A stretch of DNA of 54,710 nt, the filler included, from Squatina squatina (lineage: Eukaryota): the NCBI GenBank assembly GCA_031763465.1. It is 3 parts of 3 records of this genome, joined end to end, with 100 filler letters (N's around TTAATTAATTAA, not from the genome) between each part and the next. Parts side by side here need not be neighbours in the genome. Positions count along the whole stretch, not along the records: positions 1 to 24,184 come from JARFOE010000230.1; 2 more parts are not named here. One strand, written 5' to 3'. A program made the position numbers and the translations under genes. Positions 1-11,460 of this stretch are shown piece by piece; positions within the stretch are counted from its first letter, which is position 1; each line of letters begins with the position of its first letter. The notes under the pieces are model-generated. The model saw only the letters and a program-made list of their open reading frames with translations, ran no database searches and was not told the origin of the DNA.

Positions 1-992
1 GCTATCTAAATTTGATTTACATGACTTCATACCCAACTTACATTACACATAATGTAAAAAGCCAAACTATTTCGCCTTTCAAACCTTCTTTACAAAACAG
101 CAGTTGCAGGCAATTGCAAGTGAAGTCTGAAAGAGAGTGATAGTGATGTAGTTTTGTAAAAAAAAAATAGCTTCTTTAAGTGAAATCACAGCCTTTGGAA
201 ATATGTTGCCCATTTCTATTACAGTAACCATTAGGCACTTGGAATTTAATTTCCACTGGAAATTATATTCATATTGTAAATGTCGCTGCTTAATTTATTT
301 GAAATGAAAATCACTCAAGAGACACTGCAGACTCAGGGCCACCAACAAACAAAATAATAATGTAAGAAGTTAAATAATGAATAAAATGAATGTTCTGTTT
401 GTATTAACTTGGAGGATGATCTTTCTGTGCTCAAGAATCAGTTGATTAGAAGACAGATTTTCAATTTTGTATGCTCCACTAATATTTAATTTGACACGAC
501 CGGTCTCCTCCTGCAAAAGACTAACTTATCCAAATATGAAAACATTACAAGTATTGTCTATACTTGGTCACATAGATTTTTGTTGCAATATAACTGCACA
601 TAACTGACAAAATGACCTATTTGATGTGAATTACACTGTACTAGATTTAAAAAAAAAACAGGAAAAAGTTTTCAGTGTACTGTCCTTTTATTTAAAAACT
701 TCTCAAAGCAGATCAACTCCAATATGCTGGAGCTCTGAAAGTGAACTCCAACACCAGCAGAAGCAAACCACTGCACACGTGCAATTATTTGAAAGTCACT
801 GACTTTCTTTTCTAGGTGTGCCTGTGAAGGACCAATCGGGCAACAAGTAGAAAGTCATGGTGTTTGGCTTGTACAAGTCCATAATATGGCTTANNNNNNN
901 NNNNNNNNNNNNNNNNNNNNNNNNNNNNNNNNNNNNNNNNNNNNNNNNNNNNNNNNNNNNNNNNNNNNNNNNNNNNNNNNNNNNNNNNNNNN

Positions 993-1735
993 NGTGCCAG
1001 TTTTTTTGGTGTAAAATGGGCACAAAGCATGCCAATTTAGCAGTGGATTTAGCTTGCACCCAATCTGCACTGGCATTGATCCCGCAGCTAAAATGTGGGG
1101 GCCTTTTTTAGGCATCCGGGATAGACGCCTAAAGCAGGCATTCAGCCTCTTAAGTTTGTAAATTAGGTGCTCTTGTAAGACCACAATTGAGAAATCAATC
1201 AGTGCAGGCCTGCTCCACTTAGGATTCTTCAGCGGCCGTCAGCAACAGGCAAGTTGAAAAAAATAGTTTTTATTTAACAACCCATCTTGTGGAGCCAGGA
1301 GGAGCAGGACTGCCCTCCAGACGCTACAAGAACCAATTTCCATCGATTCTCAGTAGGGTGACCAGACATCCCGGTTTTGCTGGGACAGTCCCAGTTTTTT
1401 AGCAAGCATCTCGGTGTCCCGACACGTAACTGAAAATAGCTGAAATATCCCAGTTTCAAGCCAGCGAGAACAGAGAACTGACTGCTCATGCGCAGTCTCG
1501 GCGGAGAACTGACTGTACATGCGCAGACTCGGCAGAGAACTGACTACATGCGCAGACTCGGCTGTACATGCGCAGACTCGGCAGAGAACTGACTGCACAT
1601 GCGCAGACTGATTGTCCCGGTTTGGCAATCTTAAGATCTGGTCACTCTAATTCTCAGGCCTCTCAGTTTTTGCGCCCACGAGGCGCGCAGCCCTGAGTCT
1701 GGACCCTAAAGCGCACCCAGGCTAATTTCTAAGCC
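993..1735. mobile_element. GC-rich MITE-like element interrupted by the hAT MITE
   Basis: GC-rich sequence on both sides of the hAT insertion, ending AATTTCTAAGCC (compare AATTTCTAGGCC near 11860). The left end is lost in a gap. Confidence 0.45.
1354..1649. mobile_element. Non-autonomous hAT (Blackjack/MER94-like) MITE with 8-bp TSD
   Basis: TIRs TAGGGTGACCAGA ... TCTGGTCACTCTA. Perfect 8-bp duplication ATTCTCAG at 1346-1353 and 1650-1657. Internal ~31-bp tandem repeats. Confidence 0.9.
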
Positions 1736-2689
1736 GTTGATAAGGATATTTTAAAAGTAGCCGCTGGTGCATTCTAGGAAATTCATACTGAAGGAAACTC
1801 TCTGCCACATTGATTGCCAGTTAATGTAAACTTGAATCAGGCATAATTGTGTTTGAAACGTACAAGTGTAGTGAACCAAATCATGCCATTCGCTCACAGT
1901 GTAAAACATTATAATGGAAAATCCTGAACCATTCATAAAATACTTCCCAGTCATTTTGTTTTAATGTTTATGGCACATAGAACATGGTCAGTCTGCCAAG
2001 TCTGCCTGAAAGGCAGCCACATGTAATCACTATTGTGGGTAATCAGTGCTTTTGGAAAACATTGTTAATTTTGTTTGAATTTAAATTACTGAGTGAAAAT
2101 TAAAGAGCTGTGGTACAAAGACTTGCAAATTTGATTTTTTTTTAATTTGGAGTTTGTGGAAATTCTGTTTTAACCATAACATTTTTTGGCAAGCTATTAT
2201 GAATTTGTCAGGATCAAGCTGAAGTGAGTGAATTTTGTGAACAGTGAAGTCCCACCAGGCACAGCCTTGAGCTCTAATTGGTCTGCACCTCAGGAGCGGA
2301 TCAAAGGTTGGCTCGACCTAAGGAAATAAAGGACAGTTGTGCATAGAGCTGTATCAGAATGGAAGAATCAGCAGGATGCCTTGGGGCCATCATCATTTAC
2401 AGTGGACATAAATGAGTTGGGAAGTAGGGGCAGAAACAAAGCTATCTTAAGTAATTGAGGGAGAAAGCTATCTAAGCTAGCTATGATACAAAATTGAGGG
2501 AGAGTGGAGCTGCAAACAGGAAACGAGTGATCCAAATACAGAAGGAGTTGGAGAGGTTAGCGATTGGGCTAACAAGTGGCAGACGCCTTTCAATGTGTAG
2601 AAATTCAGCGGATGGGGAATAAGTAGTGGGAATGTAAGAGGAACTGTAACAAACTGCAGGATACAACACAGGAAGGAGATGTGGAGATA

Positions 2690-2966
2690 CTGGTGCACAG
2701 ACTTGATTTTAAAATTTTCAGCATTGTGTTCAAATGTCTCCATGGCCTCACCACTCCACTCCATATCTCCGTAACCTTGTCCAGCCCTACAAACCTTCAA
2801 GAACTCTGTTTTCTTCCACTTCTGGCCTCTTGTGCATCCCTGACTTCCTTCATCCCACCACCGGCAGCCGTCCTTCAACTGTCTAGACCAAAAGCTCTCG
2901 AATTTCCTCCCTAAACCTCTCTGCCTCTCCACGTCTCTCCTTCTTTAAAACCCTCCTTAAAACTTA
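2690..2966 (+). mobile_element. L2-type LINE 3' fragment
   Basis: Decayed translation LDFKIFSIVFKCLHGLTTPL followed by ...CCTAAACCTCTCTGCCTCTCC...CTCCTTAAAAC, typical of L2 ORF2 ends. Confidence 0.65.
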
Positions 2967-3060
2967 TCCAGACTGGAGTTTAGTATTTTTTTAAAATAAA
3001 CTGTCACAAGGAAAATTCTGATGTGATTTTTTTTTAATATATAAATTTATCTTTCTACAG

Positions 3061-3682
3061 GGATCTGATGCCAAAAACACTGGATGGACAAATCACCATA
3101 GAGAAAACTCCCAGTTACTTTGTTACCAAAGAGGCAGCTGCCCGAATCTATGCAATGTCCAAGGATGCCAAGCTAATCGTGGTGGTTCGGGACCCTGTCA
3201 CTCGGGCTATTTCTGACTACACGCAAACTCTCTCGAAAAAACCCGATATCCCCAGTTTTGAGAGCTTGACCTTCAAAAACAGGACTACAGGCCTGATTGA
3301 CACCTCATGGAGCGCAATTCAGATTGGCATCTATGCCAAACACCTGGAGAATTGGCTACAGTACTTCCCAATGCGCCAGATTCTGTTTGTGAGTGGAGAG
3401 AGGCTGATTAATGACCCAGCAGGAGAACTAGGCAAGGTGCAAGACTTTCTGGGTCTGAAGAGGATCATCACAGACAAACATTTCTACTTTAACCAGACCA
3501 AGGGCTTCCCTTGCTTGAAAAAGCCAGAGGGCAGCAGCAAGCCCCATTGCCTGGGCAAAACAAAAGGCAGAACCCATCCCAACATTGACCCAGAGGTGGT
3601 CCAGAGGCTGAGAGACTTCTACCGGCCTTTTAACATGAAATTTTACCAAATGACGGGACAGAACTTTGGCTGGGATAACTGA
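3061..3682 (+). CDS. HS3ST3: Terminal coding exon (sulfotransferase domain) of heparan sulfate glucosamine 3-O-sulfotransferase 3 (A1/B1 type)
   Basis: Acceptor tttctacag ends at 3060. Open frame [20 protein letters not shown]...[12 protein letters not shown]...KGFPC...[11 protein letters not shown]...FGWDN ends in TGA at 3680-3682 and closely resembles recalled HS3ST3A1/B1 exon 2. A1 and B1 cannot be told apart from this exon. Exon 1 is outside the window. Confidence 0.95.
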
Positions 3683-4096
3683 AATACTAAATATGTAAAA
3701 TATTCCCAACAAGACTATATGAAGTAAAACAATAAGAAGAAGGATATGCTGAGTAAATTTGAACAGGAATCTGTTGGAAGCACGACGGTTTTATCCTTAT
3801 GTTTAAAGATGCATTTTTCCTGAATTATTTATTGAATCTATTAGCCACATATTAGACAAGAACATAGAATAAGCAATCTAGCACATTTGCATTAGAGTTT
3901 AGTTTTACTTGGGAATTATTTAGAGGTTTTAGAAACTTGTTATCTCAAAATTAGCAGAAATTGTTATTTTTACAGAGTTGCTAATTTTTTGTGTTACCAT
4001 AATATTTTATTCACAGATTTCTTTAACTAAGGGTGCTACTTCTGTATTGGGTATTTTCTTTTACCTCATTTACGAGTTTTTAAAAAGCACACATTT

Positions 4097-4102
4097 AATA
4101 AA
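4097..4102 (+). promoter_or_regulatory. Candidate polyadenylation signal for HS3ST3
   Basis: AATAAA about 415 nt after the stop in AT-rich UTR-like sequence. An AU-rich TTATTTATT lies at 3825-3833. Confidence 0.35.
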
Positions 4103-4742
4103 GTTTACGGGTATTTATAACAATATCATTTGTAATCAGGAGTCACTACTTGCCTGTAAGGACATGTTGGGAACTGGCATATCATGTATCTTTTACTTGT
4201 TATATTTTTTGNNNNNNNNNNNNNNNNNNNNNNNNNNNNNNNNNNNNNNNNNNNNNNNNNNNNNNNNNNNNNNNNNNNNNNNNNNNNNNNNNNNNNNNNN
4301 NNNNNNNNNNNAGAAGGTTGAAGGCAGCAGCTAATTAAATTTCCTATTACTGTTCCACACTTGTGTGAATCCAAACTAATTTCAAATTTAAGCATTGAAA
4401 TGAGAGGACTCAAGGGTCAGGGAAAACATTCATTAAATTCTCACAAGATATTTGGTGATCTTAAACATAATTGAAAACTTATTGCACAGTAAGAGATTTA
4501 CACTTTACATAAACAGAATTGTAAGTGGTCCAGTATGTGAGGGCATTATCCTTAACATTTGTAAACTCCCTTGTGCTTGGACCACAAATGTGCTGTTGGA
4601 TTCTGACTGGTTTAATAACAACGTCACCACAGGGGACTGAATGGCACAGCAAGCTGGGTCTGTCTTTTTATTTCTAGGACCCATGGTCAAATCCAGTGAA
4701 CACAAATGGGATGAAAGTCTCCTGTATTTGTTGGCTGCAAAG

Positions 4743-5038
4743 TAGGGTGACCAGACCTCCTGGTTTTGCTGGGACAGTCCCGGTTTTTAAGGAAGTGTCA
4801 CGGTGTCCTGACACTTGCCTCAAAAGTGCTCAAATGTCCCGGGTTTTCGTGCCTACTTGACTGCGCATGCACAGTTCCAGTGAAGAACTGACTGCGCATG
4901 CGCAGTATCGGGGAAGCACCGACTCCGCTGAAGAACGGTCTGCGCATATGCAGTTCCAGCGAAGAACGGACTGTGCATGTGCAGCCCCAGTGGAGCCTGA
5001 TTGTCCCAGTTTGGGTCTCTTCCGATCTGGTCACCCTA
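4743..5038. mobile_element. Second hAT Blackjack-like MITE of the same family
   Basis: Perfect TIRs TAGGGTGACCAGA / TCTGGTCACCCTA, the same subterminal GGTTTTGCTGGGACAGTCCC and similar internal repeats. No matching TSD (CTGCAAAG vs GTTATACT). Confidence 0.85.
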
Positions 5039-5749
5039 GTTATACTTTATCTCAGATTTCCAGCAGCTCAGCCTCGAGGAGTCAGCTCCCAGTGTCCAAG
5101 ATGTTCATCAGTTCTCTATGGCCTCATGTTAGACCCACAGACCCAGGTAAAGCCAGACTACGGAAAATGGATGTACAATAAAGGCATGGCTCACTGGTGG
5201 CAGTTTCTCTGAATCCAAATTAAAGGACCAATATAAAAGCTATTTTGAGTCATCCTCGGGCTCCATTTACACTTAACCAGTAAAGGGCAATTAGCACAAA
5301 AGCAAAATGCTGCGGAAGCTGCAATTAGCAGCTCATTACCAACGTCATTACTAAGTCATATCATGCCAGATTAACAGGAGTACAACTGAGCCAAATTGTC
5401 TGTCAACAATAGAGAGCTGCTACATAATGGAACAGCACCGACCACTATAAACAAGCATGGTATTAGAGGAGCTGTGCTTCTGGAAAGCACATTGTGGTCA
5501 TTATAAGCAACTGATCGGTTCAGCATAACCAGACTCCACTGCACTTGTCAATTAGTGTGATGTTGGATTTGTTGATTTTTTTTTTAAACCCTAAAATATG
5601 GAAAAGATTTGGACAACTTTTAGAGCTTGCATTTATATATAGCGCTCTTCGCGACCAATTAATTACTTCTTGCAGTGCTGTGGTGTTGGTAAGACGCAGC
5701 AGCCATTTTTCACACAGCAAGATCCCACATGATAAATTGACCGATAGTC

Positions 5750-5898
5750 GGGAATTTCCTTGGGGTTTCTCCCAATCGGCTCCCATAACTTTGGTGAAAG
5801 ATTGGCAGAATCCCCACATAAACCGTGTAAACGGGATTTCCACCAATTTTATCCCTGCGTTATGGTGGCTAATTAGGAGAATCTCTGAGGAATTTCCC
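5750..5898. mobile_element. ~150-bp fold-back MITE
   Basis: Left end GGGAATTTCCTTGGGGTTTCTCC pairs imperfectly with right end GGAGAATCTCTGAGGAATTTCCC, and inner arms CCATAAC.../...GTTATGG also pair. A related half-copy lies at about 37396-37457. Confidence 0.7.
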
Positions 5899-6138
5899 AN
5901 NNNNNNNNNNNNNNNNNNNNNNNNNNNNNNNNNNNNNNNNNNNNNNNNNNNNNNNNNNNNNNNNNNNNNNNNNNNNNNNNNNNNNNNNNNNNNNNNNNNG
6001 GAAGAGAATTTGGAAAAGAAACATCATCATGGTGAAAAGAAGCCATGAGATGAAGAAATCACAATATAAACCATAATCATTTCCCCTCTTCTTAGCTTGG
6101 GAACTTTAAAACCAATTGAAGTTCCCACCACTACTCTG

Positions 6139-6241
6139 GTTGAGGCCAGTTACCCAGCACAAACCAGGGATTTAACCTGGATCCCAGTGTGTAGGAGTTC
6201 GAACCATATCCCACAATGTGTATTTACTCGCTCAGCCGATA
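6139..6241 (-). mobile_element. LF-SINE-like tRNA-derived SINE head (degenerate)
   Basis: Minus strand reads GGCTGAGCGAGTAAATACAC...CCAGGTTAAATCCCTGGTTTGTGCTGGGTAACTGGCCTCAACC, with A/B-box-like motifs plus a recalled LF-SINE-like core. A related + strand piece lies at about 27240-27313. Confidence 0.45.
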
Positions 6242-8118
6242 GGACAGCAAAAATGTGCAATTTCAGGTATTGAGATTCTTTCTTGCTAGTCCACAGTTTA
6301 TTCCCCCCATAGTGCAGTATATGGGATTTCCTGATAAAAGAGTGTGGGCAGCACCTGTAGCATCTGGTGCAAGTTCTTCTGAGGGAGAAGCTCTTACACG
6401 ATCAGTCAAGCAAAGCTATGCAGCCCTACCATATCTGAAAGACCATTTGGAAGGTTCAAATGAAAAACAAAACTGCACAATTTTGTTTCAGAACAAGCCA
6501 TCATTGTCATAACTCTAACTCTCAACCAGTATCTTTGAAGGAAAAGTGTGTGGTTTTAATGCAACTTATATTTCATACATTACCTCATAGCTGATCTGTA
6601 AGATCAGAGTAGATTTTAGGCCATTAATTTATGGTTCTGGGCTTTTGACTATGTCAACGCACACACATTTCAGAGGCAATATTTATGTAATGTTGCTATG
6701 GAGCTTTAAAAGAGGATCATTTACTAAGCTCTAATTTGTTATCCTGACAAATTAGAAATGAAAACATGATGCAGGAGTCAGAATTTTCTTTCTGTAGGTA
6801 AAACGTTATAAATGATTTTTCTTCCACAGTAATTTGTCCAATCACTGAGGTAACTTCCTCCAAAACTTATTTTATTGAGTATAGCTGAAAAATGATCTAA
6901 TAAATTGCAGGTTTCCAATGAGCCCTTCCAGCTACTGAAACACTGACTATTGACAGACAAGACCTCAGGGCACTTTCTGCTCACTCGGTTATGCAAAGCT
7001 CATATGATAGTCATAACTCGTCAAAATTGAAATAATGTGTTTTTATCAGCAAAAGTATTCAGCGGGGGTGAGGGGAGCAGGGAGGGAAACACTTGATACT
7101 AATTTTATCCTGATGGTTTTATCCACTACCTCATCTTTTGTGGAAAATCTTGAAGGTTTCATCAAAACAATTGAGTTTGCAAGTAATTTATGAGTGAATA
7201 AAACGCCTTTCTAATGGGGTGGCAAATATTTGCTGCCATAAAGTCACATTTAACATTGCGTCTTATCTAAACATGGGTGGCTATCATCTCAGAACGGCGT
7301 GAGAATGATCAAATTCAAATTGCCCGGCTACTGAGGGATCAAAAGGTGAAATTTCAAAATTTCACTGCTTTGACCTTGGCACAGCAAGGCTGAGGAAGTA
7401 CAGCCAGCAACAGCCGCTAAAGTTAACAAACAGAAGTTTCCATGTACAAATAAAGGGAAATAGTCCAAAGTGTTTTTGTTAAAGNNNNNNNNNNNNNNNN
7501 NNNNNNNNNNNNNNNNNNNNNNNNNNNNNNNNNNNNNNNNNNNNNNNNNNNNNNNNNNNNNNNNNNNNNNNNNNNNNNNNNNNNCTGTTTCTGCCAGAAC
7601 ATCTGGGCCACCACCTAATTAAGTATCTGTGCCTAGAGGAGGTTGCATGCACGGAGCAAGACGTTTTAAATTACTGCTGCAAGGAAGGAATGTGCTTGCA
7701 TTGATAAAGTGTTTCAGGATGTCCCAAAACGCTTCACAGCCAATCAATTACTTTGGAAGCATCGTCACTAATGTTATGTAGGAAAGCATACTGCATCTGC
7801 TTAAAGGGCTGGTGCAGCAAAGGGAATACTCTTTGTTTCTTGCTTGGAGAATGAAAAATATAAAAATCCAACTATTAAGCACTTTGAATCAGCTCTCATT
7901 TCATATGTACTGCAGGGAAGCAGATTGAAGATTTGCATATTTCTCACCAATGGAAGGTTCCTGAAAGTACATTACAGCCACATTTACAAATGGTGCCCTT
8001 GTGGTGCTGATACATGAAGTGAGGTGAAGGAGGGTGGCCCTCATTGGCTCTTAAGCGCATAGTCCTCAGTAAAGAGTTATCAGAAACTTAATTAGCAATT
8101 GTCCTACAGCACAACACT

Positions 8119-8224
8119 GTCCCTAAATTCCTACATTACAACAGGAACTATAATGAAAAGTATTTCATTGGCTGACCGGTGGTCGTGAAAGGTGCTATAT
8201 AAATGCAAGTCTTTCTTTCTTTCT
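8119..8224 (+). mobile_element. DeuSINE/SacSINE1-like 3' tail
   Basis: TTCCTACATTACAACAG...GAAAGGTGCTATATAAATGCAAGTCTTTCTTTCTTTCT matches the reverse complement of the 3' part of the SINE at 39762-40213. Confidence 0.65.
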
Positions 8225-8789
8225 AATTTGTTGCATTTGCAATCTGACAGGGCGATTGCTCACTGTAAACCGCGAATGCCTGGCTGCAACTGTGAAAGAA
8301 GATGGCAGCTCATCTAAAGAAATGAACCAAGGTAATGCTAGTTAGCAGTTTTTATAGCAAGTATCTGTCCCAAGTATGCATGCCACAAAGTAGGTCATAA
8401 TCTTTTATGGCCTGCTCCTCCAAAGCTTTGAAAGAACCTCACAGCCTTTTCAATGCTTCGCAATGTATGGTCAAAGCGTAACCTGGCACACATACAAAGT
8501 GCAATTCACATCTGAAACTCTTGTCACACTGAAATCTTAAAGGGGCTTCATATACCAATTTTTTTCTAACGCAACCTAGTTGCATGTTAGATGTTGGTTT
8601 ATTGATGAATAGGGTGTGGATTTGGGTTTACGTCCATTATTGTAAGAGCTTCTTAAACTTTAAAACATCTCAAGATTACTCATCTGCTTGCAGGACAAGA
8701 TGACACATAATAAAGAAAAGTAGACCTGGATTGAGGAGGGACCAGAAATCACAAGCTAGAGGCCCCATTGTATTATTTTTTAATTTTTT

Positions 8790-8870
8790 GCTTATTCATT
8801 CCTGGGATGTGGGTGTCGCTGGCAAGGCCAGCATTTATTGCCCATCCCTAGTTGCCCTTGAGAAGGTGGT
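8790..8870 (-). mobile_element. LINE 3'-end fragment (common shark repeat)
   Basis: GGGATGTGGGTGTCGCTGGCAAGGCCAGCATTTATTGCCCATCCCTA...GAGAAGGTGGT at a contig edge, recalled as a high-copy chondrichthyan LINE end. Confidence 0.5.
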
Positions 8871-10522
8871 NNNNNNNNNNNNNNNNNNNNNNNNNNNNNN
8901 NNNNNNNNNNNNNNNNNNNNNNNNNNNNNNNNNNNNNNNNNNNNNNNNNNNNNNNNNNNNNNNNNNNNNNCCCAGAAGATTAAAAATATTCCATATGTTT
9001 TCAAAGATCGTAAGTGATCTAATAGACTACCTGGGCAGTTTTACTATGTAACTTCCTGGACTGCTATTGCGGATGGTGCAAACTCAAATTGATGGGCATT
9101 AAGCTCTTGATGGGGTTTTCAGATCACTTGACTTTAGTGTGTTCGGCATGAAACGGGATCCGAGGCTGAGCTAATCTGTCACTTGCATCAATGCAACCAA
9201 ATACATTGAATATTGGCGTGAAAATAAAAGTGTCTAACACTGGGCTCTTCAGTAATATTGTCGCATCATTTGTGTATATTAGATAATTTTGGTCGCATGT
9301 GTTGGGCTCAGTAACTCTTTCACTGAGGAAAAGCATTGAAAGTGAAAATAAAACATTGAAAATCGAACATAATTAGCAACTAGTTAACAATCTTTAATAT
9401 CATCAGAAGCCTCTTGATACCAAAAGTTGTTTGGCAAAATGGGTGAAGAGTGTTCTACTGTATTAAAAACAAAATCAGACACTGCAAAGGCAAGTGCCAT
9501 TCTGAGAATGTAGAGTTACAGTTCTGTGCGTCAAGATCACAAAGCGGCTGCAAGCATGACATTTTACCAATGGAGAACAGAGTTTCTGCCAATTTATCTA
9601 CAAAATGAGAAGAACATTACTTTTTAATGGCTTTTCTTATTGCTTCATTTAAAGAAATGCCAGGGGACACTTCAAGGACAATCAGGCATCCAGTTAGACA
9701 CAAGCTGACATGCAAAACACTAAGCTTTGCATAAATGCTCATAGTTACCGGGTAGAACAAATTAACCTGGTCCTCTTCAATATTTCCAGGGGCCGGGGTG
9801 GGGGTGGAGAAACAGGAGTGGTCTGCTGCATATAGTTTGGATATCTATTAATTGAAATACTGGAAGAAAATATAAAATGTAAAATGCCATGAAAATCTGG
9901 GTAGGTGCAACACATTGATGCCTGCAAGGNNNNNNNNNNTTATAGGGAACACATTTACCATGATGATGTACTAAGACTGCATTACAGCTGCTTGAATGGT
10001 TAGATGATAATGATGCAATTTCTCTTTATTGAAGACTCAAATGACTGTAAATAAATAGAACTTAGTTAAAATGTATAGAAAAAAAGCACTTCAGTGACAT
10101 CCAAGATGATGTTCATTGCTCGTCAAGTGACTTTTCTTTTTGAGGTGTGTAACTTTCAGTCTTTGAATCTATGTGCCATGAGTTTTAATATTTTAAACCC
10201 CAGATTCTGAACTGAATAGAATGAGAGGCTTTGGAGGTGGGGTTGAGGCAAAGCAATGGTAAATGGTCCAATGCTCACTTTGTCAAAGCTAACGTCCCCA
10301 CTCAGAAATATTGTATATTAGTCATATTAAAATGAGGAAGATTCCCAACTTCCTCCCCGCTCTGAAAATGTCTTCATCCCTCCTCCCCCATTCCCATTCT
10401 TAAAATCTTGGCTCTTCGTTTGCAGAATGCACATGGTTTTGCAGGGAAAGATGTGACTTGAGAAAATGGTGCTTTGTCTGTCACAGTGCTGTAACAAAAC
10501 CCAACATTAAAATGGGGTTATT

Positions 10523-10596
10523 AAAACAGAAAATTCTGGTAATACTCAGCAGATCATGCAGCACCTGTGGAGAGAGAAACCGAATTAACATTTAAA
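10523..10596. mobile_element. Penelope-like terminal repeat fragment
   Basis: AAAACAGAAAATTCTGGTAATACTCAGCAG...GCAGCACCTGTGGAGAGAGAAAC. The same family occurs at 35225-35295 (opposite strand), 19647-19726 and 43358-43380. Confidence 0.55.
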
Positions 10597-10597
10597 A

Positions 10598-11460
10598 ACA
10601 TAGAAACATAGAAAATAGGAGCAGGAGTAGGCCANNNNNNNNNNNNNNNNNNNNNNNNNNNNNNNNNNNNNNNNNNNNNNNNNNNNNNNNNNNNNNNNNN
10701 NNNNNNNNNNNNNNNNNNNNNNNNNNNNNNNNNNNNNNNNNNNNNNNNNNNNNNNNNNNNNNNNNNNNNNNNNNNNNNNNNNNNNNNNNNNNNNNNNNNN
10801 NNNNNNNNNNNNNNNNNNNNNNNNNNNNNNNNNNNNNNNNNNNNNNNNNNNNNNNNNNNNNNNNNNNNNNNNNNNNNNNNNNNNNNNNNNNNNNNNNNNN
10901 NNNNNNNNNNNNNNNNNNNNNNNNNNNNNNNNNNNNNNNNNNNNNNNNNNNNNNNNNNNNNNNNNNNNNNNNNNNNNNNNNNNNNNNNNNNNNNNNNNNN
11001 NNNNNNNNNNNNNNNNNNNNNNNNNNNNNNNNNNNNNNNNNNNNNNNNNNNNNNNNNNNNNNNNNNNNNNNNNNNNNNNNNNNNNNNNNNNNNNNNNNNN
11101 NNNNNNNNNNNNNNNNNNNNNNNNNNNNNCATAGAACCGTAGAAATTTACAGCACAGGAGTAGGCCATTCAGCCCAACAGGTCTCTCTCCCTACATCTCT
11201 GCATCATCCTCTGCACCAAACATTTATCCAATTTTCCCTTAAAAGATGCAATAGTCTCTACTCCATTTGCTTCCTGTGGCAAAGTAATCCATGTTCCTGT
11301 GTAAAGAATATTTTCCCAACTTCGCTCCTCATTCTCTTACAAAGAGATGATTTAAAATCATCACTCATTCTCCAACCGGAAGAAATAGTATATCCCTATT
11401 CACCCTATCACCCTTCAAAATGCTGAAAGCCTCTATTAAATCATCTCTTAGCCTTCATTT
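10598..11460 (-). mobile_element. CR1 LINE 3' ends flanking a 495-N gap
   Basis: ACATAGAAACATAGAAAATAGGAGCAGGAGTAGGCCA tandem tail before the gap and CATAGAACCGTAGAAATTTACAGCACAGGAGTAGGCCATTCAGCCC after it. Confidence 0.7.

Noticed and set aside
1465-1610. Regular ~31-bp repeats resembling a CRISPR array
   Set aside because: No unique spacers, no cas genes, vertebrate context, and located inside a TIR/TSD-bounded MITE.
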